From positions 1-64,000 of the forward strand of contig JAZKFH010000011.1 of assembly GCA_040386535.1 (NCBI GenBank): a stretch of 64,000 bases of DNA. The letters run 5' to 3'. Below the pieces are notes generated by a model that saw nothing but the letters and a program-made list of their open reading frames with translations, searched no databases and was not told the DNA's origin. This stretch comes from Myxococcota bacterium. GTDB lineage: Bacteria; Myxococcota_A; UBA796; SXON01. The number at the start of each line of letters is the position of its first letter. The stretch's first letter is position 1. Position numbers and translations under genes: made by a program. Shown in pieces: positions 19,033 through 32,000 of the stretch.

Positions 19033-22000
19033 ATGGACAAGACGGATCCGACGTTGATCTTCGACGCCCGCCTGAAGGCGGAGCAGGCGTACTGGTTGGG
19101 GCGCCTCCGCCGGGAGCTCGAGGAGACCAACCTCCCCCTGGACTTCAAGCGCTCGAAGATCTACGCACCCAAGCAGGAGTCGCTGCCGTTCGAGATCTCC
19201 GAGGACACGCAGCGGCGCCTGGAGCGTCTCACCGGGGGCTCGCCGCTCCTGACCTACACCGCGCTGCTCGCGGCGCTCCTGGTCGCGCTCCGTCGGTACA
19301 CCGGCAATCACACCGTGGTCGTGGGCAGCCCACCCGCGCGGGTGGACGGGCAGGCCGACCGGGCGAACGTGCTCCCGATCGTGGCGGACCTCGACGACAG
19401 CACCTCGTTCCGCGAGCTGCTCCCCCGGCTTCGTGACACACTGTCCGCGGTGTACGCGCACCAGAACTATCCATTCGGTCGTCTGCTGGAAGACCTCGGG
19501 ATCGTGGCCCCGCCCAGCCGCTGCCCACTTTTTGACGTGGTCGCGTCATCCGCGGCGCTCCACGGTCCCCTGCCGCCCCTGAAGAACGACATCTCCTTCG
19601 TCTTCGTCGGCGCGCCCGGGGCCCTGGCGCTGCAGATCGTGTTCAACGCCCGGGTGCTCCACGCCGACACGGTGGCGGCCTTCGGCCGCAGCGTGTTGTG
19701 CCTCCTCGACGAGATGCTCCGGCGCCCCGCCGATCCGCTGGGCGCGCTCCCGGCGCTCTCCGGCGATCAGGCGCGGGTCCTGGTCGAGGGGTGGAACGGC
19801 ACCCCTGGCGAGACCCGCGATCCCCGGCCGCTCGGCGGCGTCCCGGGGCTGTTCGAGGCCCAGGTCGATCGCACGCCCGATGCCCTGGCCGCGGAACAGG
19901 ACGGGCGCTTCCTCACCTACCGCGTACTGGAGCAGCGCGCGAACCAGCTCGCGCACCACCTTCGTGCCGCCGGTGCGGGGCCCGACGTCCCGATCGGGAT
20001 CGCGATCGCCCCGTCCCTGGACCTCCTCGTGGGCGTGCTCGGGATCCTCAAGGCCGGTGCGGCCTACGTCCCGCTCGACCTCGCCCTGCCGGCGGACCGC
20101 CGCCGGATCGTCGCCGAGGAAGCGGGGGTTCGCATCGTCCTCGTCGCTGGCGAAGGCCCCTCGCCGCTCCCGCCGGGCGTCGCGCGGCTGATCGATCTCG
20201 ACGCCGACCGCGAGGTCATCGCGGCTACCCCCGCCACCCGTATTGCGAGCCCCGATCCGGAGGATCTCGCCTACATCCTGTTCACCTCGGGATCGACGGG
20301 CCGCCCCAAGGGGGTGTGTATGCCACACCGGGCCCTCACCAACCTGCTGGATTGGCAGATCCGGCAATCCACGTGTTCGGAGGGGTCGCGTACGTTGCTG
20401 CGCACCTCCCTCGGTTTTGATGTCAGCTTCCAGGAGATCTTCGCCACCTGGTGCGCCGGGGGCACGCTCGTCGTGGCGTCCGAGGCGATCCGGAGCGACC
20501 CGTGGGGGCTGCCGGCGTTCCTGGAGGCGAAGCAGATCAACCGGGTGTTCCTTCCGTTCATCGGCTTGCAGCAGCTGGCGAAGGGGATGTGCGCCCAGCA
20601 GCGGTTCCCCACGACGCTGCGCGAGGTGATCACCGCGGGCGAGCCGCTGCGCATCACGAGCGCGATCCTCGAGGTGTTCCGACAGCTGGAGGGCTGCTCG
20701 CTGGTGAACCAATATGGTCCCACCGAGACACACGTCGTGACCGCGAATGTACTTGATGGCCCCGCGATCCGTTGGCCGACGCTGCCGTCCATCGGGCGCC
20801 CCATCGCGAACACCCAGGTGTACGTGTTGGATGCGTGGCTGCAGCCGGTGCCCATGGGCGCCGTCGGGGAGCTGTGTGTCGGGGGCGTGGCGGTGGCCCG
20901 GGGGTACGCCGGGCGGCCGGAGCTCACCGAGCGCGCCTTCCCGGTCAATCCCTTCGTTCCGGGGCCAACGGCAGCCGCGGCCCGGCTCTACCGGACCGGG
21001 GATCTCGCGCGTCATCGCCGGAACGGCGAGATCGAGCTCCTCGGGCGTGCCGATCGCCAGGTGAAGATCCGCGGTCACCGGGTGGAGCTGGGCGAGGTCG
21101 AGGCGGCGCTGTGCGTGCATCCCGAGGTCGGCGAGGCGGTGGCGATGGGGACCACCGGTGACGACGGAGACACGCGTCTGGTGGCCTGGGTGGTGCCAGA
21201 GCACGGCCACAGGCCGTCGAGCGCGGCGCTCCGGGCGTACCTCGCCGAGAGGCTCCCCCCCGCGATGATCCCCGCGGCGTTCGTGCGGGTGGACACGCTC
21301 CCGTTGACCTCGACCGGCAAGATCGATCGTGCGGCCCTGCCCGCCCCGGACTGGGCACACCCGGAGATCGAGGATCCGTTCGTCGCGCCCCGGACGCCGG
21401 TCGAGCAGCTCCTCGCCGAGGTCTGGCGGGCGGTCCTGGGGGTCGAGCGCGTGGGGATCGCGGAGAATTTCCTGGAGCTCGGCGGAGACTCGATCCTCGC
21501 GACCCAGGTGGTGGCCCGGGCCCGCGCGGAGGGCGTCGGGATCAGCCTGCGGGACATCTTCCAGCACCAGACGGTCGCGGCGCTGGCCCTGGTCGCAAGC
21601 ACGGCCCGGACCCGTGACGTGACGGCCAGCGGGCCGGCGCCCCTCAGCGCGATCCAACGTTGGTTGCTGGATCGGGAGCTTCCGAACCCGAGCCACTGGA
21701 ACATGAGCGTGTTGTTGCAGACCCGGTTCGCGCACGCGCCCGGGCTCCTCGCGGGCGCCATGCGCGCGGTCGTCGCCCACCACGACGCGCTTCGCCTCCA
21801 GCTCGTCCAGGACGGCGCCGGTTGGCGCCAGGCGGCGGGGCTCTCGGCGCACCAGGCGCTCGCGGTGGTCCACCATGACCTGTCGGCCCTCCCGGCCCAC
21901 GAGCAACCGGGCGTGGTCACGGAGCTCGCCGCCGCCGCACAACGCATGCTCGATCTCCACACCGGGCCGATGGTCGTGATGGCTACGTTCGATCTCGGGG

Positions 22001-23028
22001 CGGAGAGGCCGGGCCGGGTGCTGTTCGCCGCCCACCACCTCGTGATGGACGGGGTGTCGCTCCGGTTCCTCCTGGCCGACGTGGAGACGGCCGCGCGACA
22101 GCTGGCGGGCGGCGAACCGGTGGCGCTGCCGCCGCCGACCGCCCCGTTCCTCCACTGGGCTCGGCTCACCAACGAGCTCGCGCAGTCCCCCCGCCTGCAC
22201 GCGGAGCTCGAGTATTGGGAGCGACGCCCGGCGACCCCTCCCGCGCGCCTCCCGCTGGACCGTCCAGACGGCCCGAACACCGAGGAATCCACACGCACCG
22301 TCGAGCGGTCCCTGGGCGCCGCCGAGACCCGCGCCGTGTTGCACGGCACCCCCGAGGGCATCCGGGACGTCGTCCTCGGCGCGCTGGTGGTCGCCCTGTC
22401 ACGCTTCACCGGATCCCGCGCCGTGCTCGTCGACGTCGAGGGGCACGGCCGCGAAGAGCTGGCCGAGGCGGGAGAGTTCGCGCGCACGGTGGGCTGGTTC
22501 ACGTCGCTCTTTCCGGTCTGCTTCGACATCGGGGACGCCCCCGCGCCGGGCGAGGTGTTGCGCGCCGTTCACGCACGACTCCGCGCGGTTCCCGGCAACG
22601 GCGTCGGCTACGGGCTCCTGCGCCACCTCGCCGGTCCGCAGATCGCGGCACGCCTCGCGGCGTTGCCCGCCGCCGAGGTCAGCTTCAACTATCTCGGGCA
22701 ATTCGACGCGCTGCTCGCCGAGAGCGCGCTGTTCGCCCTGGCTCCGGAGTCCCCCGGCCCGCAGGTCGATCCCCGTGGAGCGCGGACCCACGCGCTCTAC
22801 GTGGAGGGGCGGATCGTGCACGGCCAGCTGCTCCTCTCGTTCCGCTACAGCGCAGCGCTGCACGACGCCGCGACGATGGAGCAGGTGGCGGACCACTGCA
22901 TGGCCGCGCTCGGGGCCATGCGCGCCGATCCGGTCCCCGCGGCGCGCGCGCACACCGCGCGAGTGAGCGCCGCGGATCTGCAGGCCGTCCTCGCGGCGGT
23001 GAGGACCGAGGACCCGAGTGAGCGCTGA
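19033..23028 (+). CDS. NRPS: partial C (interface-like)-A(Pro-like)-T-E
   Basis: N-terminal half C domain lacking HHxxxDG; A code read by eye DVQFIAQVVK; T with GGDSI; E motifs HHLVMDGVS, EGHGRE, RTVGWFT, FNYLGQFD. Confidence 0.95.
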   Translation: MDKTDPTLIFDARLKAEQAYWLGRLRRELEETNLPLDFKRSKIYAPKQESLPFEISEDTQRRLERLTGGSPLLTYTALLAALLVALRRYTGNHTVVVGSPPARVDGQADRANVLPIVADLDDSTSFRELLPRLRDTLSAVYAHQNYPFGRLLEDLGIVAPPSRCPLFDVVASSAALHGPLPPLKNDISFVFVGAPGALALQIVFNARVLHADTVAAFGRSVLCLLDEMLRRPADPLGALPALSGDQARVLVEGWNGTPGETRDPRPLGGVPGLFEAQVDRTPDALAAEQDGRFLTYRVLEQRANQLAHHLRAAGAGPDVPIGIAIAPSLDLLVGVLGILKAGAAYVPLDLALPADRRRIVAEEAGVRIVLVAGEGPSPLPPGVARLIDLDADREVIAATPATRIASPDPEDLAYILFTSGSTGRPKGVCMPHRALTNLLDWQIRQSTCSEGSRTLLRTSLGFDVSFQEIFATWCAGGTLVVASEAIRSDPWGLPAFLEAKQINRVFLPFIGLQQLAKGMCAQQRFPTTLREVITAGEPLRITSAILEVFRQLEGCSLVNQYGPTETHVVTANVLDGPAIRWPTLPSIGRPIANTQVYVLDAWLQPVPMGAVGELCVGGVAVARGYAGRPELTERAFPVNPFVPGPTAAAARLYRTGDLARHRRNGEIELLGRADRQVKIRGHRVELGEVEAALCVHPEVGEAVAMGTTGDDGDTRLVAWVVPEHGHRPSSAALRAYLAERLPPAMIPAAFVRVDTLPLTSTGKIDRAALPAPDWAHPEIEDPFVAPRTPVEQLLAEVWRAVLGVERVGIAENFLELGGDSILATQVVARARAEGVGISLRDIFQHQTVAALALVASTARTRDVTASGPAPLSAIQRWLLDRELPNPSHWNMSVLLQTRFAHAPGLLAGAMRAVVAHHDALRLQLVQDGAGWRQAAGLSAHQALAVVHHDLSALPAHEQPGVVTELAAAAQRMLDLHTGPMVVMATFDLGAERPGRVLFAAHHLVMDGVSLRFLLADVETAARQLAGGEPVALPPPTAPFLHWARLTNELAQSPRLHAELEYWERRPATPPARLPLDRPDGPNTEESTRTVERSLGAAETRAVLHGTPEGIRDVVLGALVVALSRFTGSRAVLVDVEGHGREELAEAGEFARTVGWFTSLFPVCFDIGDAPAPGEVLRAVHARLRAVPGNGVGYGLLRHLAGPQIAARLAALPAAEVSFNYLGQFDALLAESALFALAPESPGPQVDPRGARTHALYVEGRIVHGQLLLSFRYSAALHDAATMEQVADHCMAALGAMRADPVPAARAHTARVSAADLQAVLAAVRTEDPSER

Positions 23029-26000
23029 GAACATCGAGGATCTCCGGGAGCTGTCGGCGATCCAACACGGCACGCTGTTCCACAGCGTGTGGGGGCGGGA
23101 GGTGTATGTCGAGCAGATGGTCTGCACGCTGCGCGGGCCCTTGGATGTGCCGGCCTTCGAGCGGGCCTGGCAGGGGGTGGTCGACGCCCACGACGTGCTC
23201 CGCACCTCGTTCGTCTGGCAGGGCGTGGAGCGCCCGCTCCAGGTGGTGCAACGCCGGGTTGCCCTCGTGCTGGAGCAGCGCGACTGGACCCCCTCCCCAC
23301 CGGGGACTCAAGCCGCGTTGTTGTCCGCCTGGCTCGAAACGGATCGCGCGCGGGGCTTCGATCTCGCCCGGGCCCCGCTCCTGCGCCTCGCCCTGCTGCG
23401 CACCGGCGCCGACGTCCACCACCTCGTCTGGACGCACCACCACATCCTGCTCGATGGGTGGTCGGTCGGGCTCGTGCTGGAGGAGGTGCTCGCGCGGTAC
23501 GAAGGGGAGCGCGGCGGCCCCCCGGCCGAGCTGCGGCGCGGCGTGCCGTTCTCGGCCTACCTCGATTGGATGGAGAGGCGCGGGTCGGGGCCTGCCGAGG
23601 CCTGGTGGCGCCGCACCCTGGCCGGCGCCGGCGAAGCGATCCCGCTCGGAGGGGACGCGGGTTGCCGACCGTTCGGGAGCGGGCCCGTCTCCGAGCAGCG
23701 CCTCACGCTCACCCCGGACGAGACCGCGGCTCTCCACGCCGCCGCGCGCCGACACCGGGTGACACTCGGGACCCTCGCGCACGGCGCCTGGGCGATGCTC
23801 CTGGCGCGGTACAGCGGGGAGGACGAGTGTGTCTTCGGCACGGTCACGTCCACCCGGCCGCCAGACCTGCCGGGCTCGGCCTCGGTGGTCGGGCCGTGCT
23901 TCAACACGCTCCCGGTCCGGATTGCCATGCCCCCGGGGTTGCCGGTGGGGAGTTGGCTCCAGGGGCTGCAGACGGCGCTCGTCGAGCTCCGGCAGCACGA
24001 CCACGTCGCGCTCGCGGACATCCACGCGTGGAGCGGGATTCCCCGCGGCGCCCGGCTGTTCGAGAGCCTCCTGGCCTTCGAGAACTACCCGCTGGCCACC
24101 ACCCTCGGGGGAACGGGATCCAGCCTCGCGTTCACCGATGTCCGCTGGATTGGGAGCACCAACTACCCGCTCGCGGCGATGGTCGTGCCGCGGGCCGAGA
24201 CCACGTTGTGCATCCAACACGACGTGTCCCGGTACTCCGCCGAGACCGCGCGCGCGATGTTGGGCCACTACCGTGCGCTCCTCCTCGGAATGACCCAGCC
24301 GGGCAACATTCCCCTGCGCGCGCTGACGCCTCTCTCCGCCGAGGAGCGGGAGCTTCTCCTGGTGGGCTGGAACCCCACCCGCACGGAGGCTCCGGCGGTG
24401 GGATCGCTGCACCGCCTCTTCGCCGCGCAGGTGGCAAGGACCCCAGCGGCCGTGGCCGTCACCCACTGCGGCGCCGCGCTCTCCTACGGAGAGCTCGACC
24501 GACGTGCCAACCGACTGGCATGGCGGCTCCGCGCCCGCGGGGTGGGGCCGGAGGTCCGCGTCGGCCTGCTCGTGGCGCGCGGCCTCGACCTGCTCGTGGG
24601 CGTATTGGCCATCGCGGAGGCGGGAGGCGCCTTCGTGCCGCTCGATCCGGACCATCCGCCCGAGCGCGTCGGGTGGATCGTTCGGGATGCCCAGCTGGCC
24701 CTCGTCGTGACACAAGAGAATCTGTCCGGACGGCTGCCACCCGAGGTGGATCGAATCGGGTTCGACCCGGACGACACTGCCTCGCCGGGCCCCCTCCCGA
24801 GTGGGGTCGGGCCCGATCACCTGGCGTACGTCCTGTACACCTCGGGCTCGACCGGGGTTCCGAAGGGGGTGATGATCCCCCATCGGGGCCTGGTGAACTA
24901 CCTGGCCTGGGCGGCGCGGGCGTACGCGGTCGCCGAGGGCGTCGGGGCGCCGGTCCACACCTCCGTCGCGTTCGACCTCACGTTCACCGCGCTGCTGGTA
25001 CCGCTGTGCGCGGGACGACGGGTCGATCTGCTCGTCGAGGAGCGTGGCGTGGGCGCCCTCGCCGCGGTTCTGCGGGCGCCCTCCGACTACAGCCTCGTCA
25101 AGCTCACCCCGAGCCACGTCGAGGTCCTCGCGGGCCACGCACTGACGCCACCTTCCGCGCCGGCAACGCGCGCCTTTGTCGTGGGTGGGGAGAGCCTGCG
25201 CCCGGAGCACGTCCGCGCGTTGCGCGCCGCCGCGCCCGGCGCCGTCGTGTACAACGAATACGGACCGACCGAAGCCGTGGTGGGCTGCAGTGTGCACACG
25301 GTGACCGACCTCGTGGACGAGGGGGGCCCGCTGCCGATCGGGCGCCCGATCGACAACACCCGCCTCTACATCCTCGATCGCGACTTTGCCCCCGTGCCCG
25401 TCGGGGTGATCGGGGAGCTGTTCATCGGGGGAGCCGGCCTGGCGCGGGGCTACCTCGGGCAGCCCGGACGCACGGCGGAACGGTTCGTTCCGGATCCGTT
25501 CGGGGACCAGACCGGCGCACGCCTCTACCGGACCGGGGACCGCGCGCGCCGTCGCGTCGACGGGGACATCGAGTTCATCGGCCGCGTGGACGAGCAGGTC
25601 AAGGTGCGCGGCCATCGCGTCGAGCCCGCCGAGATCGAGGCCGCGCTGACACGCCACCCGGCGGTCGCCCAGGCGGTGGTCGTCACGCGCTCCCGGCTCG
25701 AGGGGGCGCATGAGCTGGTGGCCTGTTGGGTGGCGGCAGGGCCGGACGCGCCCGGCCCAGGAGAGCTCCGGAAGTACCTCCTCGACACGCTCCCCGAGCC
25801 GATGGTCCCCGCGCGGTTCGTGCGCGTGGAGCACCTTCCGCTCACGCCGAACGGCAAGGTCGATCGCGCCGCGCTCGCGGCGGCCGGCGGGGAGGAAGTG
25901 GCCGCCGCGAGCGCCCCCTTCGTCGCCCCGCGGGGCCCGACCGAGGAGAGCCTCGCCCGGATCTGGGCCGAGGTGCTGGGGGTCGAGCGGATCGGCCGTG

Positions 26001-29000
26001 ACGATGACTTCTTCGACCTCGGCGGGCACTCCTTGTCGGCGCTCCGGGCCGTGTCACGGATCCGCGGCGCGCTCCACGCGGGGATGGCGCTCTCGTCCCT
26101 GTTCACGGCGCGAACCCTCGCGGCGCTCGCCGCCGTGGTCGACGCCGAGCGGCGCGGCGCGTCCTCTCCCTTCGCGGGTGGCACGACGGACGGTCCGGTA
26201 CCGCGGCGGGCGGAACGCGGCGCCGCCCCCGCCTCCTTGGCGCAGGAGCGGCTGTGGGTGCTCGACCAGCTCCATCCGGGCGTGTACCACGTGTCCGCGG
26301 CGGCGCGGCTCGAGGGCGTGCTCGATGTGGGAGCCCTCGAGCAGGCCGTGCGGGCGGTGGTCGCTCGGCACGACATCCTCCGCGCGCGCTTCGTCGTCTC
26401 GGACGGCGCGTTGGTGCAGGTGAGCGGTCCGGCATCCGGGGCCGCGGCGTTCGTGCTCGAGCGGATCCCGCTCGGCGGCCAGACGCCCGACGCGCGGCGG
26501 GAGGAGGCGCGCGACGCGCTCACGCGGGCCCTGTGCCGCCCCTTCGACCTCGGAACGGGCCCGCTGCTCCGGGCCGGCATCGTGACCGTCGACATACACG
26601 AGCACGAGCTGCTCCTCGCGATGCATCACCTCGTCTGCGACGGGTGGTCCCGCGATGTGTTGGTTCACGAGCTCGCGCTCGCCTACACCGCCGTGCTCCG
26701 CGCCGACCCCGTGCCGCCGCCCGCGCTGCCGGTGCAGTACGCCGACTACGCCGCCTGGCAGCGCGCGCGTGTGGACGCGACGGAGGCCGCGCAGCTCGCC
26801 TGGTGGGTGGCGCAGCTCGAAGGGATCCCCCCGCTGGAGCTGCCGATCGCGCGCCCCCGCCAGCCCGAGCGGCGCTTTCGCGGCGCCCAGCACCCGATCG
26901 TGCTGTCGACGGAGAGCGTTCGTGCCCTCTCCACGTTCTGTCGGGCGCACCGGGAGACCCCCGTCACCGTGCTCCTGTCGGCGTTCGTCGCGCTGCTGCA
27001 CCGCTACACCGGGCAGGACGACATCGGCGTCGGCACCTCCGTCGCGGACCGCGGTCGCCCCGAGCTCGACGCGCTCATCGGCCCCTTCCTCAATACGATC
27101 GTCGTGCGCGGTCGCCCCCGCGCGTCGCTGCCCTTCCGCGCGCTGGCCCAGGCGATCGGCGTGACCCTTCGCGACGCCCAGGCCCACGCGGACATCCCGT
27201 TCGGGCGGGTGGTGCGCGGGCTCGGCGCCGGCCAGGATCCTCGGCGGAACCCCGTCTTCCAGGCCCTGTTCGACCTCCAGGACGCGCCCGACGAGCGGAT
27301 CGAGCTGCCCGGCGTGCGGCTGTTCCCCCTGCGCCTCGACACCGGCACCGCGAAGCTCGACCTGGCCTTGCACCTCTGGGCGTCGCGCGAGGGTTTCCAC
27401 GGGTGGATCGAGTACGACACCGACCTGTTCGAGGGCGTGGCCATCGCGCGCATGGCCTCACACTTCGACCACCTCCTCCGATCCATCGGGGGAGGCGAAG
27501 CCCCGATCGGCGCGCTGCCCATCCTGCCGCCGGCGGAGCGCCGGCAGGTGCTCGTCACCTGGAATGGCCCGAGCGTGGCGTACGCGGGCCCGGAAGCGCT
27601 CCACCGGCTCGTGGAGGCCCAGGTGGTGCGGTCGCCAGACGCGATCGCCGTCGTGTTCGAAGGCGATCGAGTGACGTACCGCGAGCTGGACCGACGCGCG
27701 GATCGGCTGGCTCGGCGGCTCGTGAACGCCGGCGTGGGGCCGGAGTCGATCGTGGGGGTCCACGTCGACCGTTCGCTGGCCCTGGTCGTGGCCCTGCTCG
27801 CCATCCTCAAGGCGGGTGGTGCCTGGCTGCCGCTGGATCCCGACCTGCCGGCGGAGAGGCGAGCGTCCATGACCGCCGACGCCGCCCCTACGATCGTGTT
27901 GCTGGCGGACGGCGCGGACGCGGCCCCGTTCGAGACCGCCACGTTGTACGTGAGCGCCGCCGGGGACTCCGCCACGGAGGGGAGCTCGCCCCTCGTCGCC
28001 ACCTCCCCGACGAACCTAGCCTACGTGATCTACACCTCCGGCTCCACCGGGAAGCCGAAGGGCGTGCAGATCCAGCACGACGGCATCTGCAATCGGCTCG
28101 CGTGGATGCAGGCGGAGTATGGGCTCACTCCCGCGGATCGGGTGCTGCACAAGACCCCCATCGGCTTCGACGTGTCCGTCTGGGAGCTGTTCTGGCCGCT
28201 GATCACGGGCGCGCGGCTGGTCCTGGCCCGGCCCGGGGGGCAGCGGGACCCGCGGTATCTCGCCCAGCTCATCCGCGACGAGGGCGTCACGACCGTCCAC
28301 TTCGTGCCCTCCCTGCTGGCGGCGTTCGTGGAGGAGCCCGCCCTCTCGGACTGCGTGTCCCTCGCGCGGGTGTTCTGCAGCGGCGAGGCGCTCTCGCCCG
28401 ACGTTGCGGCGCGCTTCGCCGCGCGCTCTGAGGCGGCGCTCCACAACCTGTACGGGCCGACCGAGGCCTCCGTCGACGTCACGGCGTGGACCTGGCGGCC
28501 GGGCTCAACCCGCGTGCCCATCGGGTCTCCCATCGCCAACATCCGGATCTACATCCTGGATCCGCGCCTGGAGCCGGTCCCGATCGGCGTGCCGGGGGAG
28601 CTGTACATCGGCGGGATCGGCGTGGCCCGCGGGTACCTCGGGCGGCCCGGGTTGACGGCCGATGCCTTCGTCCCCGACCCGTTCGCGCCGTCGGTCGGCG
28701 GTCGGCTCTACCGCACCGGAGACCGCGCACGCCACCTGCAGGACGGCGCCATCGAGTTCCTCGGGCGCAACGACGACCAGGTCAAGATCCGCGGGGTGCG
28801 CATCGAGCCCGCCGAGATCGAGATGGAGCTCCGCCGCCACGCGGCGGTGGGCGCGTGCGCGGTCGTCGCCCGGCCGCACCCCGCGGGAGGGCTCCGCCTC
28901 ACGGCCTACGTCGTTCCGCGCGCGGGCACGATGCCCCCGGCGGACGTGCTGCGTCGTCACCTCGCCGCGCGGCTGCCCGAAGCGATGATCCCGACCGGGT

Positions 29001-32000
29001 TCGTCTCGGTCGCCACCCTCCCGCGCCAGCCCTCCGGCAAGGTCGACCGCCGCGCCCTCCTCGCGCTCCCCGCCGAGCAGGCGTTCGTCGCGCGCGCCGC
29101 TGTGGTGACGCCGCCGCGAAGCGCGTCGGAGCACGGCCTCGCGCGGATCTGGTGCGCGGTCCTCGGTCTGGACCACGTTGGGGTGCACGACAACTTCTTC
29201 GCCCTGGGAGGGGATTCGATCCGTGGCATCGCCGTCGTGGCGCAGGCGCGGGCCGCGGGGTTCGACGTGACGCTGCGCCGCTTGTTCAACGAGCCGACGA
29301 TCGCGGCGTTGGCGAGCTTCGCGCCGCTCCCCGACACCGCGCCGCTCCCCGACACCGCGCCGCTCCTGGACGGCGCGGAATTCCCGGCTCCAACCGCGCC
29401 GTTCGCCCTCCTCCGCCCGGCCGACCGCGCGCGTGTCCCCGCCGGCATCGAGGACGCCTATCCGCTCACCGCGCTGCAGCTCGGCATGGTGTTCCACGCG
29501 TCGCTGGCGTCCGGCGCGCGCGTCTACCGCAACGTCGACTCGGTCCACCTGCGGGCCCCGTGGGCGCCGGAGCTCCTCCGCGGCGCCGTGCAGAGGCTGG
29601 TCGATCGGCACGGGATCCTGCGCACCTCCTTCGAGGTCCACACCTTCGAGGACGCCGTGCAGCTCGTACACGAGCGGGTCGAGGCGCCCCTGGTCATCGA
29701 GGATCTGCGCGGGCTCACGGCGGAGCAGCAAGAGGCCCGGCTGGACCGATGGTTGCGCGAGCAGGAAGCGCGGGCGTTCGCGCTCGGGGTGCCGCCGCTG
29801 TTCGGCGCGTACGTCCACCGGCGGACGGACGAGACGTTCCAGTTCACGCTGCCCCACCACCACGCCATCCTGGACGGCTGGAGCGTGAGCGCGCTCTGCG
29901 CCGAGCTGATGACGGACTACCTCTCCGCCGTCCGCGGGGAGGCGGCCCCCGCGCCGCCGATCGGTGCGACGTTCCGGGACTACGTCGCCCTCGAGCGCGC
30001 TGCGGTCGACTCCGCGGAGCACCAGGACTACTGGCACACGCTCCTGGCCGATGCGCCCGCGTGTGTCCTGCCCGCCGCCCCGGCCGACCGTGACGAGGGT
30101 TCCGGCGTCGCGCCCGAGCATCGCGAGCACCGGGTGGGCCTGGGGGCCCCGCTTGCCAGCGCCCTTGCAGGCGTGGCGGCAGCCCAGGGCGTGCCGCTCA
30201 AGAGTGTGCTCCTCGCCGCGCACCTCCACGTGGTCCGCCTCCTGACCCACCAGTCCGACGTCGTGACGGGCCTCATCACCGACGGTCGCCCCGAGCTGCC
30301 GGGTGCGGAGCGTGTTCTGGGCCTGTTCCTCAACACGGCGCCGTTCCGCCTGCGCCTCGGCGGGGGAACGTGGGCGGAGCTGGTGAACGCGGTGTTCCAC
30401 GCGGAGCGGGAGGCGCTCCCGTACCGGCGCTTCCCGTTGGCCCTAATGGGGAGCGGGCGGCGGCCCTTGTTCGACACGGCCTTCAACTACACCCACTTTC
30501 ACGTGCTCGCGCCGCTGTCGGGCCTCGACGGGCTCGAGGTCCTCGAGCGGCGCTCGTTCGCGCTCCAGACCTTCCGCTTGATGGCGAACTTCGATCTGGA
30601 CGCCAAGGAGCACACGCTGACGCTCGTCCTCGGCTACGACGCGTGCGCGCTCTCCGACGTGCAGGTCGAGGACGTCGCGGCCTGCTACGCGCGTACGCTG
30701 GCGGAGATCGCGGGGGATCCGCACGGGCAATACGCCGCGACGGGCACCGGAGCGGTCGGCGACGAGGCGCCGGGAACCGCCTCGTCGCGTGCCCCCGCCG
30801 CGTCGGGGCATCGGCAGCCCACTGCCGCGCCGCCCCGCACCCCGATCGAGCGCGTCCTCGCAGGGATCTGGTCGGACCTGCTCCACGTCGATCCGATCGG
30901 GATCGACGAGGACTTCTTCGAGCTCGGAGGCGACTCCCTCGTCGCGATCCGCGTGGTGTCCCGGCTGCGGGATCGGGCCCGGATCGAGCTGTCCCCGAGC
31001 GCGTTGTTCGAGGCGCCCACCATCGCCGCGCTGGCGGCGATGGTGGAGGCAGGCCGCCCCGGAACGGCCTCGCGGTCGATCTCCGTGGTCCCTCACGACG
31101 GGCCGACTGGGCTCTCCCTGGGGCAGCAACCGATGTTCCTGCTGGACACCGCGCTTAGGGGGCTGCCGCTCTTCCACGCGCCGGTGCGGCTCCACGTCGC
31201 CGGGCTGCTGGACATCGCGGCCCTACGACGGAGCTTCGCGCACGTGGCGGAGCGGCACGGGGTGTTGCGCACGACGTTCACGATGCTCGACGGCCGTCCC
31301 GTGCAGCGCGTGCTCCCCGCGATCGAGTTGGAGCTCCCGTGCGTGGATCTGCGCGCCCTCACGGAGCGCGCGCGCGCCGTGGAGGCGGAGCGGCTGGCCT
31401 GGGCCGACGCGGCTCGGCCCTTCGATTTGGCGGGGGGCCCGCCGATCCGCGCGAGCCTGCTCCAGCTGGGGGACCAGGAGCACGTGCTGCTCCTCACGCT
31501 CCACCACCTCGTCAGTGACGGTTGGTCGATGGGCGTGCTCGCGGGCGAGGTGGCCGCGGCGTACGCGGCGTTCGTGTCGGGCGCGCCACCGGCCCTCCCG
31601 CGCCTCCCGCTGCAGTATCGGGACTACGTCGCCTGGCAGGCGGAGCAACTGAAGAACGGCGGGTTCGACGCCGCGCTCGCCTGGTGGATGGACGAGCTGG
31701 CCGCGCCGCTGCCGCCGCTCGCCCTCGGGGGAGCTGTCCCTTCGCCGCGAATGGGCGGCTTCCGACCCGTGGCGATCCCGGTCCAGGTGGGGAGGGAGAC
31801 GACCGAGGGGCTCACCCGCGTGGGTCGGCAGGAGGGCGCCAGCCTGTTCATGGTGCTGCTGGCCGCGTTCGACGTTGTCCTCCATGCCGTCGCCGGCGCA
31901 CGCGACATCCGCGTGGGTACGCTCGTCGCGAATCGGACGTCCTCCGAAACCGAAGGCCTGATCGGGCTTTTCGTCAACACCCTCCTCCTCCGCGTGGATC

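Noticed and set aside
29321..29375. 18-nt tandem repeat (APLPDT x2-3) in the NRPS
   Set aside because: In-frame interdomain linker slippage with no evident further significance.
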